Shown in pieces: positions 5,125 through 11,980 of a stretch of 13,125 nt of DNA. The notes under the pieces are model-generated. The model did not search any database, was not told the DNA's origin, and saw only the letters and a program-made list of their open reading frames with translations. Both the position numbers and the translations under genes were made by a program. Source of the stretch: Comamonadaceae bacterium (lineage in GTDB: Bacteria > Pseudomonadota > Gammaproteobacteria > Burkholderiales > Burkholderiaceae_C); NCBI GenBank assembly GCA_947447245.1, contig CANFJC010000054.1, forward strand, positions 1 through 13,125. Direction: 5' to 3'. Within the stretch, counting starts at the first letter, position 1. Every line of letters starts with the position of its first letter.

Positions 5125-6027
5125 ATGGCAGCATCTATAGATCAATTGCGTGCCTTCATTATGGTGGCAGAGACTGGGCACTTAGCCCGAGCGGCCCATC
5201 GCCTCAATGTTTCAAAGTCATCGCTTAGTGCCAGTATTCAAAAGCTGGAAGGCTTATTAGGTGTTAGTTTGTTTGAGCGTCACACCCGTGGATGCAAGCT
5301 CAGCACAGCAGGTCAAGCCATGTTAGATTCGGCGCACCGTATGGTCCAAGAATGGTCACGGATAGAAACTGGCGCAGCTGATTTCCAGAAATTTAGAAGA
5401 GGCCGTCTTTCCGTGGCTGCACCTGCTGACCAGTGCGCTCTTCTTCTTCCACCGCTCCTTCGAGACTTTCAAACCGAACACCCTGAAGTTCGGGTGGAAC
5501 TTCACGACGTTGCCGAGCAGGAGGTCCATGAGCTAGTTCGCACAGGCTTTGCAGATCTGGGCGTAACCAGTCAGACCGAAATGCGCAACGAACTAATAGC
5601 CACCCCTTTGTATACCGACGAATACATTCTGGTCCTGCCGCCTAAGCATCACCTAACAAAGCACAAACAAGTTGAATGGAAACAACTGGCTTCTGAACCG
5701 ATCATTGGTCCGGTCAAAGGCAATCCGGTACGACAACTCCTTGACGACACCCTTGCCGAAAATGGAATATCACTGAGCTATGCGTACGAAGTTTCACTAC
5801 CTTGGACTATGGTTGGTTTAGTACGAGAATATTTTGGTGTAGCTGTACTTACAACGGCGGTTCTTCCTTTGATTCGATTGAACAAACTGGAAGCCAGACC
5901 ACTCGTTAGCCCCTCCGTTGCACGTACTCTGGTGTTGATCAAGGCGCAAGGACGCAAGCTCGACCCGCTTGCAACTAGCTTCAGCAAACGCTTGCTGCAA
6001 ATGGAGCGGAACAACGCACGCACTTAA
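5125..6027 (+). CDS. LysR-family transcriptional regulator (LTTR), 300 aa.
   Basis: The N-terminal winged HTH is LRAFIMVAETGHLARAAHRLNVSKSSLSASIQKLEGLLGVSLFERHTRGCKLSTAG. It is followed by a typical LysR substrate-binding domain of the right length. Confidence 0.92.
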   Translation: MAASIDQLRAFIMVAETGHLARAAHRLNVSKSSLSASIQKLEGLLGVSLFERHTRGCKLSTAGQAMLDSAHRMVQEWSRIETGAADFQKFRRGRLSVAAPADQCALLLPPLLRDFQTEHPEVRVELHDVAEQEVHELVRTGFADLGVTSQTEMRNELIATPLYTDEYILVLPPKHHLTKHKQVEWKQLASEPIIGPVKGNPVRQLLDDTLAENGISLSYAYEVSLPWTMVGLVREYFGVAVLTTAVLPLIRLNKLEARPLVSPSVARTLVLIKAQGRKLDPLATSFSKRLLQMERNNART

Positions 6028-6055
6028 TCGGATAAGCATTTGCTGAAAAGTACTT

Positions 6056-6068
6056 TGATTTTTAGCTT
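6056..6068 (+). repeat. Exact 13-nt direct repeat TGATTTTTAGCTT, copy 1.
   Basis: Identical to 6326-6338. Both copies lie in the 422-bp LysR-porin intergenic region. Confidence 0.6.
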
Positions 6069-6157
6069 TTGGTCTACCGCTGGTGTCTTTTTCGGTTGGC
6101 ATGCAAAAGATCCATCTCAAAATCGTTTTGAAAGACTGCTGACGACGTTCCCCTATA

Positions 6158-6172
6158 TAGAACATTGTTCTA
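6158..6172. promoter_or_regulatory. Perfect 15-nt palindrome TAGAACATTGTTCTA, a candidate operator (distal).
   Basis: It has 7-bp arms around a single central base. It shares the 13-nt core AGAACAnTGTTCT with 6361-6375. Confidence 0.45.
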
Positions 6173-6325
6173 CTTAACTAAATCACCCTGCAGAGCGCCA
6201 ATAGGGTTCCCCTTGTGAATGGCCTCCAAAGGTGTGGCTTTTTCTCACAAGTCGCTCGACTAAAAAGTGTTGTTCTAAAGCAAATAAAAAGGGCTGATAG
6301 GGTATTCACGAATGGGGGGCTTGGC

Positions 6326-6338
6326 TGATTTTTAGCTT
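6326..6338 (+). repeat. Exact 13-nt direct repeat TGATTTTTAGCTT, copy 2.
   Basis: Identical to 6056-6068 and 270 bp downstream of it. Confidence 0.6.
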
Positions 6339-6360
6339 AATAACATCACTGGCTTATTAA

Positions 6361-6375
6361 AAGAACAGTGTTCTT
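6361..6375. promoter_or_regulatory. Perfect 15-nt palindrome AAGAACAGTGTTCTT, a candidate operator (proximal).
   Basis: It has 7-bp arms and lies 75-89 nt upstream of the porin ATG. It has the same AGAACAnTGTTCT core as 6158-6172. Confidence 0.45.
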
Positions 6376-6449
6376 CATGCCGGAACAAGCGGCTACCTCC
6401 CAGATCACTGGGCTCAATGATTTCACTTTTTTATCACTTGGAGATACTC

Positions 6450-7703
6450 ATGAATTTCAAATATCGCGCCCTTACTTTGGGTTGCTTCGCAGCAATGGGT
6501 TTGGCTGGCACAGCGCAAGCTGTTCAAGTTGCAGGCGATTTGCTTGAGGTTTACGGCAACGTTTACCCACAATACCAAACCGTGACCTTTGGTGACTCTT
6601 CCGCCACTGGCGCTGCAGTCAGCACATTGACCGGCGGCAAAACAGGCGCCCAAACCAACACCTTCAAAGCCGGGGCTGTGAGTGCCACCAAGTTAAACCC
6701 TGTGAACTCTTACATTGGTTTCACTGGCAAGAAAACCATTGACGGCCTGACATTGGGTTATGACTTGCAGGGCGTGATCAACATTGACAGCACGGCCTCC
6801 AACCCTTCATTCATGTCTGAGCCACGTGACGCATTTGTCTGGATCAGCCATGACAAGTTCGGCACCTTCCAAGCCGGTCAACAAGACACCATTTACAAAT
6901 CCTACGGCGACAAAGTGCGCATGTTGGGCGTGTCTTCCAGCAACTTCGTGTCCACGTCCAATGTGGTGTCAAACCCCACATGGAGCAACAAAGGCACTTC
7001 AACTTCTTTCAATACCCGCGTGAATGGCCAATTGCTTTGGACCAGCCCCCGCATTGGTGGTTTTGAAGTGGGTTACTCACTGCGCCAAGATCCTACGAAA
7101 ACTGCCACTCGCAACCAAGGCTTGAGCTCTGTCGGCATCAACTGGACTGACAAAACTTACTATGTGGGCTTGGCACAAGAAGTTCACAACGACTACTATG
7201 CATTCTCTGGCGCTGCGTCCACGGCAGCAGCAGGCTCCGTCTACAACGCAGCCGCTGGTTTGCGCTCTAAAGACACGGCCACACGCCTGTCTTTCGGCTA
7301 CCGCGTGTCTGGCATGCGCATCGGTGCTGACTCATCAACCTTGAATTACACAGAAACTTCTGCACAAGCAAATGGTTTCCAAAGCTATAAGACTAACAGC
7401 TGGCAAATCACTGCTGAATACGATTTGAACAGCAAGATCGCAGTGGCTGCTCAATACGCTAGCAATGGCGCTGGAAATTGCACATTGAATGGCGCGGTTT
7501 CTTGCTCCACAGTGGGCTTGGGCGGCAATTTGGTGGGCTTTGGTGCCAACTACAAGCTGGACAAAAACTTTGCCGTCTTTGCATTGGTTGCCAAAGGCAC
7601 AGCCAACTCGGGTGGTGTGATTTCTTTGGGTAGCGGTGCTGGTAAAACAGCCATCGGCGGCACGATCAATGCTGCAGCTGTGGGCATCCAAGCTAAGTTC
7701 TAA
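6450..7703 (+). CDS. Outer-membrane porin (Gram-negative general porin family), 417 aa.
   Basis: The ATG at 6450 has GGAGA 5 nt upstream. The signal peptide is MNFKYRALTLGCFAAMGLAGTAQA with an AQA cleavage motif. The composition is Gly/Ser/Thr/Asn/Tyr-rich with alternating beta-strand character, and the C-terminus is VGIQAKF (the terminal-Phe OMP signal). Confidence 0.88.
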   Translation: MNFKYRALTLGCFAAMGLAGTAQAVQVAGDLLEVYGNVYPQYQTVTFGDSSATGAAVSTLTGGKTGAQTNTFKAGAVSATKLNPVNSYIGFTGKKTIDGLTLGYDLQGVINIDSTASNPSFMSEPRDAFVWISHDKFGTFQAGQQDTIYKSYGDKVRMLGVSSSNFVSTSNVVSNPTWSNKGTSTSFNTRVNGQLLWTSPRIGGFEVGYSLRQDPTKTATRNQGLSSVGINWTDKTYYVGLAQEVHNDYYAFSGAASTAAAGSVYNAAAGLRSKDTATRLSFGYRVSGMRIGADSSTLNYTETSAQANGFQSYKTNSWQITAEYDLNSKIAVAAQYASNGAGNCTLNGAVSCSTVGLGGNLVGFGANYKLDKNFAVFALVAKGTANSGGVISLGSGAGKTAIGGTINAAAVGIQAKF

Positions 7704-7729
7704 TCAAAGCACTTCGGTGCCATGAGCAA

Positions 7730-7761
7730 GCAGGTGTTCCTCACGGAGCACCTGCTTTTTT
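7730..7761 (+). terminator. Rho-independent terminator after the porin gene.
   Basis: GCAGGTGTTCC-TCAC-GGAGCACCTGC (11-bp stem with one G-U pair) is followed by TTTTTT. A small GCAC-TTCG-GTGC hairpin precedes it at 7709-7720. Confidence 0.8.
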
Positions 7762-7783
7762 CTTGTCTCTTCAGGACTTTGAA

Positions 7784-8146
7784 ATGAATCAAACTTTCGT
7801 AAGTTTAAGTGTGTTGGCCAGTGTCGCCTTTTGTAGTGTTGCCATCGCGGCCGATTTGGAAGCAGCCAAAAGAGGCGAGACGCTGTATATGCAACACCAA
7901 TGCTACAGCTGTCATGGTACTCAGGGACAAGGCGGCGAACGCAATGCGGGGCCTAAAATTTTCCCCAACCCCACGCCTTATGTGGCGTTTGAGCTGCAAA
8001 TGCGCACACCCCGCAATTTGATGCCACGTTATCCCGTGCAGAACATCAACGACGTGCAGTTGAAAGACTTGTACGCCTATGTTGAAAACATGAAGCCAAG
8101 CTCTGGCTCATCGCAAATTCCTCTGCTAAATCAAGCCATGCGATAA
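7784..8146 (+). CDS. Monohaem c-type cytochrome (class I-like), 120 aa, periplasmic.
   Basis: The ATG at 7784 has AGGA 7 nt upstream. The signal peptide is MNQTFVSLSVLASVAFCSVAIA. There is a single CYSCH haem-binding motif (CxxCH) and a downstream Met ligand candidate in NLMPRYP. Confidence 0.85.
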   Translation: MNQTFVSLSVLASVAFCSVAIAADLEAAKRGETLYMQHQCYSCHGTQGQGGERNAGPKIFPNPTPYVAFELQMRTPRNLMPRYPVQNINDVQLKDLYAYVENMKPSSGSSQIPLLNQAMR

Positions 8147-8196
8147 AGCCTTCACAGAAGGCCGACTAAGTCCTTTGAATGTCCTTTAAAAGGACA

Positions 8197-8353
8197 CCAC
8201 CACCATCTGTCGTGTAACACGACACTTCTTGACCACGTCAAACCACGAGCACGGTAGACCCGCAGAAGCCGAACCTGACAGAACGATTTGTAAGCTGGGG
8301 GTAAAAATGGGAACATCCTTCTAGACCCCAAACTTTATTCAAAAGTCTAACAA
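8197..8353 (+). repeat. Copy A of a diverged ~160-nt direct repeat (C/A-rich block + 17-nt palindrome ... conserved 27-nt 3' block).
   Basis: The first ~60 nt are about three-quarters identical to 8696-8755 (46/60 by hand alignment). The last block CCCAAACTTTATTCAAAAGTCTAACAA matches 8835-8862 except for a 1-nt indel. The middle ~70 nt are not alignable. Confidence 0.65.
8208..8224. repeat. Copy 2 of the 17-nt palindromic motif (TGTCGTGTAACACGACA, perfect 7-3-7).
   Basis: Perfect inverted repeat TGTCGTG-TAA-CACGACA, located in the cytochrome c to DUF2164 intergenic region. Confidence 0.8.
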
Positions 8354-8411
8354 CACAAGCATTGGTCTTGGTGGTAAAAACTACTTACATGAATCAACAT
8401 AGACAACCAAA

Positions 8412-8681
8412 ATGACCATTGAACTCCCCAAAGAGGTTAGGCAACAAGCCATCTCTTCCATTGAGCGCTATTTCCAAGAGAATATGGACGAGAAGATTGG
8501 CAATATTGCTGCGGGAGCATTACTTGGTTTCTTTGTTGATGAAATCGGACCTGTTATCTACAACATGGCTGTTGCCGAAGTTCAAGAGCGAATTCAAACA
8601 AGAGTGATGGAAATTGACTTAGAAGTAACAGAAGACCCATTTCAATATTGGCGCAAATACGATCAATTGAAAAAAAGATAG
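8412..8681 (+). CDS. DUF2164-like small protein, 89 aa.
   Basis: MTIELPKEVRQQAISSIERYFQENMDEKIGNIAAGALLGFFVDEIGPVIYNMAVAEVQERIQTRVMEIDLEV matches my recollection of the DUF2164 family pattern (I-x-L-x-x-E...L...YF...G...A..LL.FF..EIGP..YN.A..D.Q). There is no SD, and the leader is C/A-rich. Confidence 0.8.
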   Translation: MTIELPKEVRQQAISSIERYFQENMDEKIGNIAAGALLGFFVDEIGPVIYNMAVAEVQERIQTRVMEIDLEVTEDPFQYWRKYDQLKKR

Positions 8682-8696
8682 GCGATACCTTTCAAA

Positions 8697-8862
8697 CCAA
8701 CCACCAACTGTCGTGTAAAACGACACCTGATGACCACAAGAAACCAAAAGCACGATCCCCACGCTGAAAGCAACTTAGAACGACGGCTTTTGCGTAGCCG
8801 CGAGAAAAGCGATCTTTAATCAAATTGACAAGGTCCCAAACTTTATTCAAAAGTTCTAACAA
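8697..8862 (+). repeat. Copy B of the diverged ~160-nt direct repeat, immediately upstream of the tRNA promoter.
   Basis: See copy A for the alignment. It ends with CCCAAACTTTATTCAAAAGTTCTAACAA (8835-8862), 18 nt before the TATAAT of the tRNA. Confidence 0.65.
8709..8725. repeat. Copy 3 of the 17-nt palindromic motif (TGTCGTGTAAAACGACA).
   Basis: 16/17 identical to copy 2 (one C-to-A change), leaving 6-bp arms and a 5-nt centre. It sits in the DUF2164 to tRNA intergenic region. Confidence 0.8.
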
Positions 8863-8880
8863 TTGAACCCAATCGTTTGC

Positions 8881-8886
8881 TATAAT
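8881..8886 (+). promoter_or_regulatory. Consensus -10 hexamer TATAAT for the tRNA gene.
   Basis: It lies 10 nt upstream of tRNA position 1. The -35 is weak (TAACAA/AACAAT), but the A/T-rich conserved block at about -30 to -55 could act as an UP-like element. The call rests on the motif only. Confidence 0.4.
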
Positions 8887-8896
8887 TTTTGGCTCA

Positions 8897-8973
8897 GGCT
8901 CTTTAGCTCAGTCGGTTAGAGCGATGGAATCATAATCCACAGGTCCGCGGTTCGAATCCGTGAAGAGCCACCA
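8897..8973 (+). tRNA. tRNA with anticodon CAT, 77 nt, encoded CCA. It is elongator tRNA-Met or lysidine-modified tRNA-Ile2.
   Basis: Hand-folded cloverleaf:
- acceptor GGCTCTT/AAGAGCC
- D arm GCTC-AGTCGGTTA-GAGC
- anticodon arm ATGGA-ATCATAA-TCCAC (U33, CAU, A37)
- variable loop AGGTC
- T arm CGCGG-TTCGAAT-CCGTG
- discriminator A, then CCA
It is not an initiator: G1-C72 is paired and there is no GGG/CCC anticodon stem. Confidence 0.93.
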
Positions 8974-8980
8974 AACTTAG

Positions 8981-9011
8981 AGCCCCCCGTGTTCGCACTG
9001 GGGGCTTTTTT
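8981..9011 (+). terminator. Rho-independent terminator after the tRNA.
   Basis: The AGCCCCC...GGGGGCT stem has an inner GTG-TTCG-CAC (UUCG tetraloop) and is followed by a T-run through 9011. Confidence 0.85.
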
Positions 9012-9044
9012 CATGACCTTGTCGTGATCACCAAGAAGGTCTGC

Positions 9045-9911
9045 ATGAACGCTGACAATCGCCGAGGTATTGTGGCCATGAGTCTGGCCATGGCGCTTTT
9101 CATCGCCAATGACGCACTGGTCAAGCAAGTCAGCGCCACGCTGCCTGGCCCCCAACTCATTTTCATTCGCGGTCTCATGGCCACCACCTTGGTGCTCATC
9201 ATGGCGCAAGCCATGGGGCATCTTAAAAACTGGCGCCTCATGCTGAACAAGCGCTTGTGGCTGAGGGGTTCTGTCGATGCCGCGGCCTCGCTTACCTACT
9301 TAACAGCAGTCTTTCACTTACCCTTGGGCAACGCAACAGCCATTAACCTAGCCTCCCCTTTGTTCATCACGGTGTTTGCCATTGTTTTCTTCAAAGAGCA
9401 GGTCACGCTTCAAAGAGGCTTGCTCATTTTGCTAGGCTTCAGTGGGGTGCTCTTGGTGGTTCAGCCAAGCTCCGAAGGCTTCAATGTTTATGCTTGGATT
9501 GCTGTCTTGGCCACTTTGTTTCATGCCACGCGCGACACACTCACACGCGCCATTGGACTGCATGTACCTGCGCTTCTAATCACATTGTCAACGGCGGTTT
9601 CAGTCGCTTTGGCGGCTGGCGGTATCACGCTCACTCAAACATGGACGCCTGTTGACAGCACATCGCTGGCTTTGCTTTTCGGAGCGTCTTTGTTTCTCTC
9701 TATCGCCTACTACCTGCTTATTGTGGCCATGCGTTCAGGTGAAATGAGTCTGGTCGCGCCATTCAGATACAGTGGTTTGCTATTTGCACTGCTCATTGGC
9801 TATGTGGTGTGGGATGAAGTACCCAATATGCTTGGATGGGCCGGTATTTTTCTACTGGTCATTTCCGGCTTGCTCATTCTGAGATCAGAGCGCCTTAAGA
9901 CTCCAAAGTGA
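9045..9911 (+). CDS. DMT-superfamily transporter (EamA-like, two EamA repeats), 288 aa.
   Basis: There are about ten hydrophobic segments. The N-terminus RGIVAMSLAMALFIANDALVK is typical of EamA/RhaT-type permeases. The ATG at 9045 (GAAGG 5 nt upstream) is preferred over the track's GTG at 9024, which would abut the tRNA terminator. Confidence 0.85.
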   Translation: MNADNRRGIVAMSLAMALFIANDALVKQVSATLPGPQLIFIRGLMATTLVLIMAQAMGHLKNWRLMLNKRLWLRGSVDAAASLTYLTAVFHLPLGNATAINLASPLFITVFAIVFFKEQVTLQRGLLILLGFSGVLLVVQPSSEGFNVYAWIAVLATLFHATRDTLTRAIGLHVPALLITLSTAVSVALAAGGITLTQTWTPVDSTSLALLFGASLFLSIAYYLLIVAMRSGEMSLVAPFRYSGLLFALLIGYVVWDEVPNMLGWAGIFLLVISGLLILRSERLKTPK

Positions 9912-10896
9912 TGTTGGCTTTGCGCACCACTTGCGCGTATTTTTCAATTTCTGACTTTAAGAATTGAGCAAACTTTTCTGGTGTGCCAGACAAAGAGGCA
10001 ATGCCGCCTTTTTGAAATGCCTCCAGCACAGCCGGCGCTAAAAGTGCTTTATTCACCTCAGCATTCATTCGCTCAATCACAGCATCTGGCGTGTTGGCCG
10101 GCGCCAGCAATCCGTTCCAAGAATTGGACTCAATATTCACGCCTTGCTCTGCCAATGTAGGAATATCGGGCGCATAAACAGAACGCTTGACCGTGGCCAT
10201 GCCAATGGCAATGAGTTTGCCTGACTGAATATGACTTCTAAATTCAGGCCAATTGCCAAACATCATGGTGACTTGCCCACCCAACAAATCTGCCAGTGCA
10301 GGCGCCTGGCCTTTGTAGGGCACATGGACCCAGTTCATACCCATTTGCTGAGCCATGGCAGCGCCAGACAAATGTGCCGAGGTGCCATTGCCAAAAGAGG
10401 CATAACTTACTTTGTCTGCAGCAGAAGCCGTCATTGCTTTGAGGTCGGCTAATTTTTTAATGCCACTGCTCGGGTGCGTGGCCAGCACATGCTCCGACAT
10501 GCCCATCAGTGCAACTGGCCTTAAGTCTTTGAGGGTGTCGTAAGGTAATTTTTTAACCAATGTTTGATTGGCGGCAAAGCTGTTTGCCACAGTGACGAAG
10601 CTATAGCCGTCGGCCGCTGATTTTGCAACAACATCCACGCCAATGACGGTACCGCCACCGGCTTTGTTTTCAACCACCATGCTTTGACCCAAGGCTTTGG
10701 CCAACTCAATGGCCACCAAGCGCGTGACAAAATCTGTGGTGCCGCCAGGGGTAAATGGCACCACCAATTTAACTGACTTAGAGGGCCAGGCCTGTAGAGC
10801 TTGCGCCAGTGAACTGGTCAAAGCATAAGCAGGGGCTGCAAGTGCCAAATTCCATTGCGCAGCTTGATGAAGCCACTGTCGGCGAGAAATTGTCAT
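9895..10896 (-). CDS. Tripartite tricarboxylate transporter substrate-binding protein (Bug/TctC family), 333 aa.
   Basis: The family core motif is KLVVPFTPGGTTDFVTRLVAIELAKALGQSMVVENKAGGGTVIG. The signal is twin-arginine-like (SRRQWL). GAGGTG SD lies 9 nt upstream. The 3' end overlaps the convergent EamA gene by 17 nt. Confidence 0.92.
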   Translation of the reverse strand: MTISRRQWLHQAAQWNLALAAPAYALTSSLAQALQAWPSKSVKLVVPFTPGGTTDFVTRLVAIELAKALGQSMVVENKAGGGTVIGVDVVAKSAADGYSFVTVANSFAANQTLVKKLPYDTLKDLRPVALMGMSEHVLATHPSSGIKKLADLKAMTASAADKVSYASFGNGTSAHLSGAAMAQQMGMNWVHVPYKGQAPALADLLGGQVTMMFGNWPEFRSHIQSGKLIAIGMATVKRSVYAPDIPTLAEQGVNIESNSWNGLLAPANTPDAVIERMNAEVNKALLAPAVLEAFQKGGIASLSGTPEKFAQFLKSEIEKYAQVVRKANITLES

Positions 10897-10966
10897 AACA
10901 TGGCACCTCAGAATGAATCAAAATAATAACTGACGTTCCAACACATCTAAGCCTTAGGGAGAGATC

Positions 10967-11980
10967 ATGAATCAATTTCAAGCAACCCGCAGAGCCACAC
11001 TACACAAATCTGCAACTTGCCTTGCCTTAACGCTTCTTTGTGGCTTCAGCTTGAACAGCCAGGCACAAACGACCAACTCAGCTGCCAACTGGCCCAACAA
11101 ACCCGTCAAGTTCATCGTGCCCTTTGCCGCTGGCGGGGCTAACGATTTGTTGGCCCGAGCGGCAGCTGAAGGCGCCTCTAAGGTCTTGGGTCAGCCAGTG
11201 CTCATTGACAACAAACCTGGCGCAGGCGGCACCCTAGGCACCATGCTGGGCATCAAAAGCGCGCCTGATGGCTACACCTTTTTAATCAGTGCGGCGGGTG
11301 TTATTTCCAACACCATGATCAAGAAGTCATCGCCCTACAAAGACAACGAGCTGGTGCCCGTGGTCATGATTGGTTTGGCGCCTTCCATCATCGTCACATC
11401 AGCCAAATCCAAGCACAACAATTTGAAAGATTTCATTGACTTTGCAAAGCAAGGACAAGGCGCGCACTTTGCCACAGCGGGCACTGGCAGTACGCCTCAT
11501 TTTGTGTCCGAGATGATGAACATGCACTACGGCACGAAGCTCATTCCAGTGCCTTACAAGAGTGGCTCTGAAGGCTCTACGGCAGTCATGGGTGGGCAAG
11601 TAGAAGGTACTTCAGAGGCCAGCATTGTGTCGCTGCCGCACATTCAGTCTGGTGGCAAATTCAAGGCATTGGCCACCACCTGGACCAAGCGCATGTCGGC
11701 TGCACCCGATCTGCCCACCACAGCCGAGTTGGGCTTTCCCGAAATTCAGATTGCCCATTGGGCGGGTATTCATGCGCCAGTGGGGGTACCGCCAGAGATC
11801 ATGGACAAATTGGCGGCAGCCGTAGACGCGGCCATGAAAAATCCAGCCATTACCGATCGCCTTAAATCCATGGGCATTGAACCAGTGGGTGGCACACGCG
11901 CCAGCTTCAATGAATTTGTGAATGCAGAGCGCACCAAGTTGGGCACCATCATTCGCGCCTCAGGCATGAAAGAAGATTAA
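10967..11980 (+). CDS. Tripartite tricarboxylate transporter substrate-binding protein (Bug/TctC family), 337 aa.
   Basis: The core motif is KFIVPFAAGGANDLLARAAAEGASKVLGQPVLIDNKPGAGGTLG. It has an RR-containing signal peptide and a GGGAGAG SD. It is divergent from the other Bug gene across only 70 bp. Confidence 0.92.
   Translation: MNQFQATRRATLHKSATCLALTLLCGFSLNSQAQTTNSAANWPNKPVKFIVPFAAGGANDLLARAAAEGASKVLGQPVLIDNKPGAGGTLGTMLGIKSAPDGYTFLISAAGVISNTMIKKSSPYKDNELVPVVMIGLAPSIIVTSAKSKHNNLKDFIDFAKQGQGAHFATAGTGSTPHFVSEMMNMHYGTKLIPVPYKSGSEGSTAVMGGQVEGTSEASIVSLPHIQSGGKFKALATTWTKRMSAAPDLPTTAELGFPEIQIAHWAGIHAPVGVPPEIMDKLAAAVDAAMKNPAITDRLKSMGIEPVGGTRASFNEFVNAERTKLGTIIRASGMKED

Noticed and set aside
8897-8973. 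The tRNA gene as the integration site of the AT-rich island.
   Set aside because: The island lies on the 5' side, about 4.5 kb away, with host-like genes in between. I found no direct repeat of the tRNA 3' end (only a chance GGTTCG hexamer at 3760).
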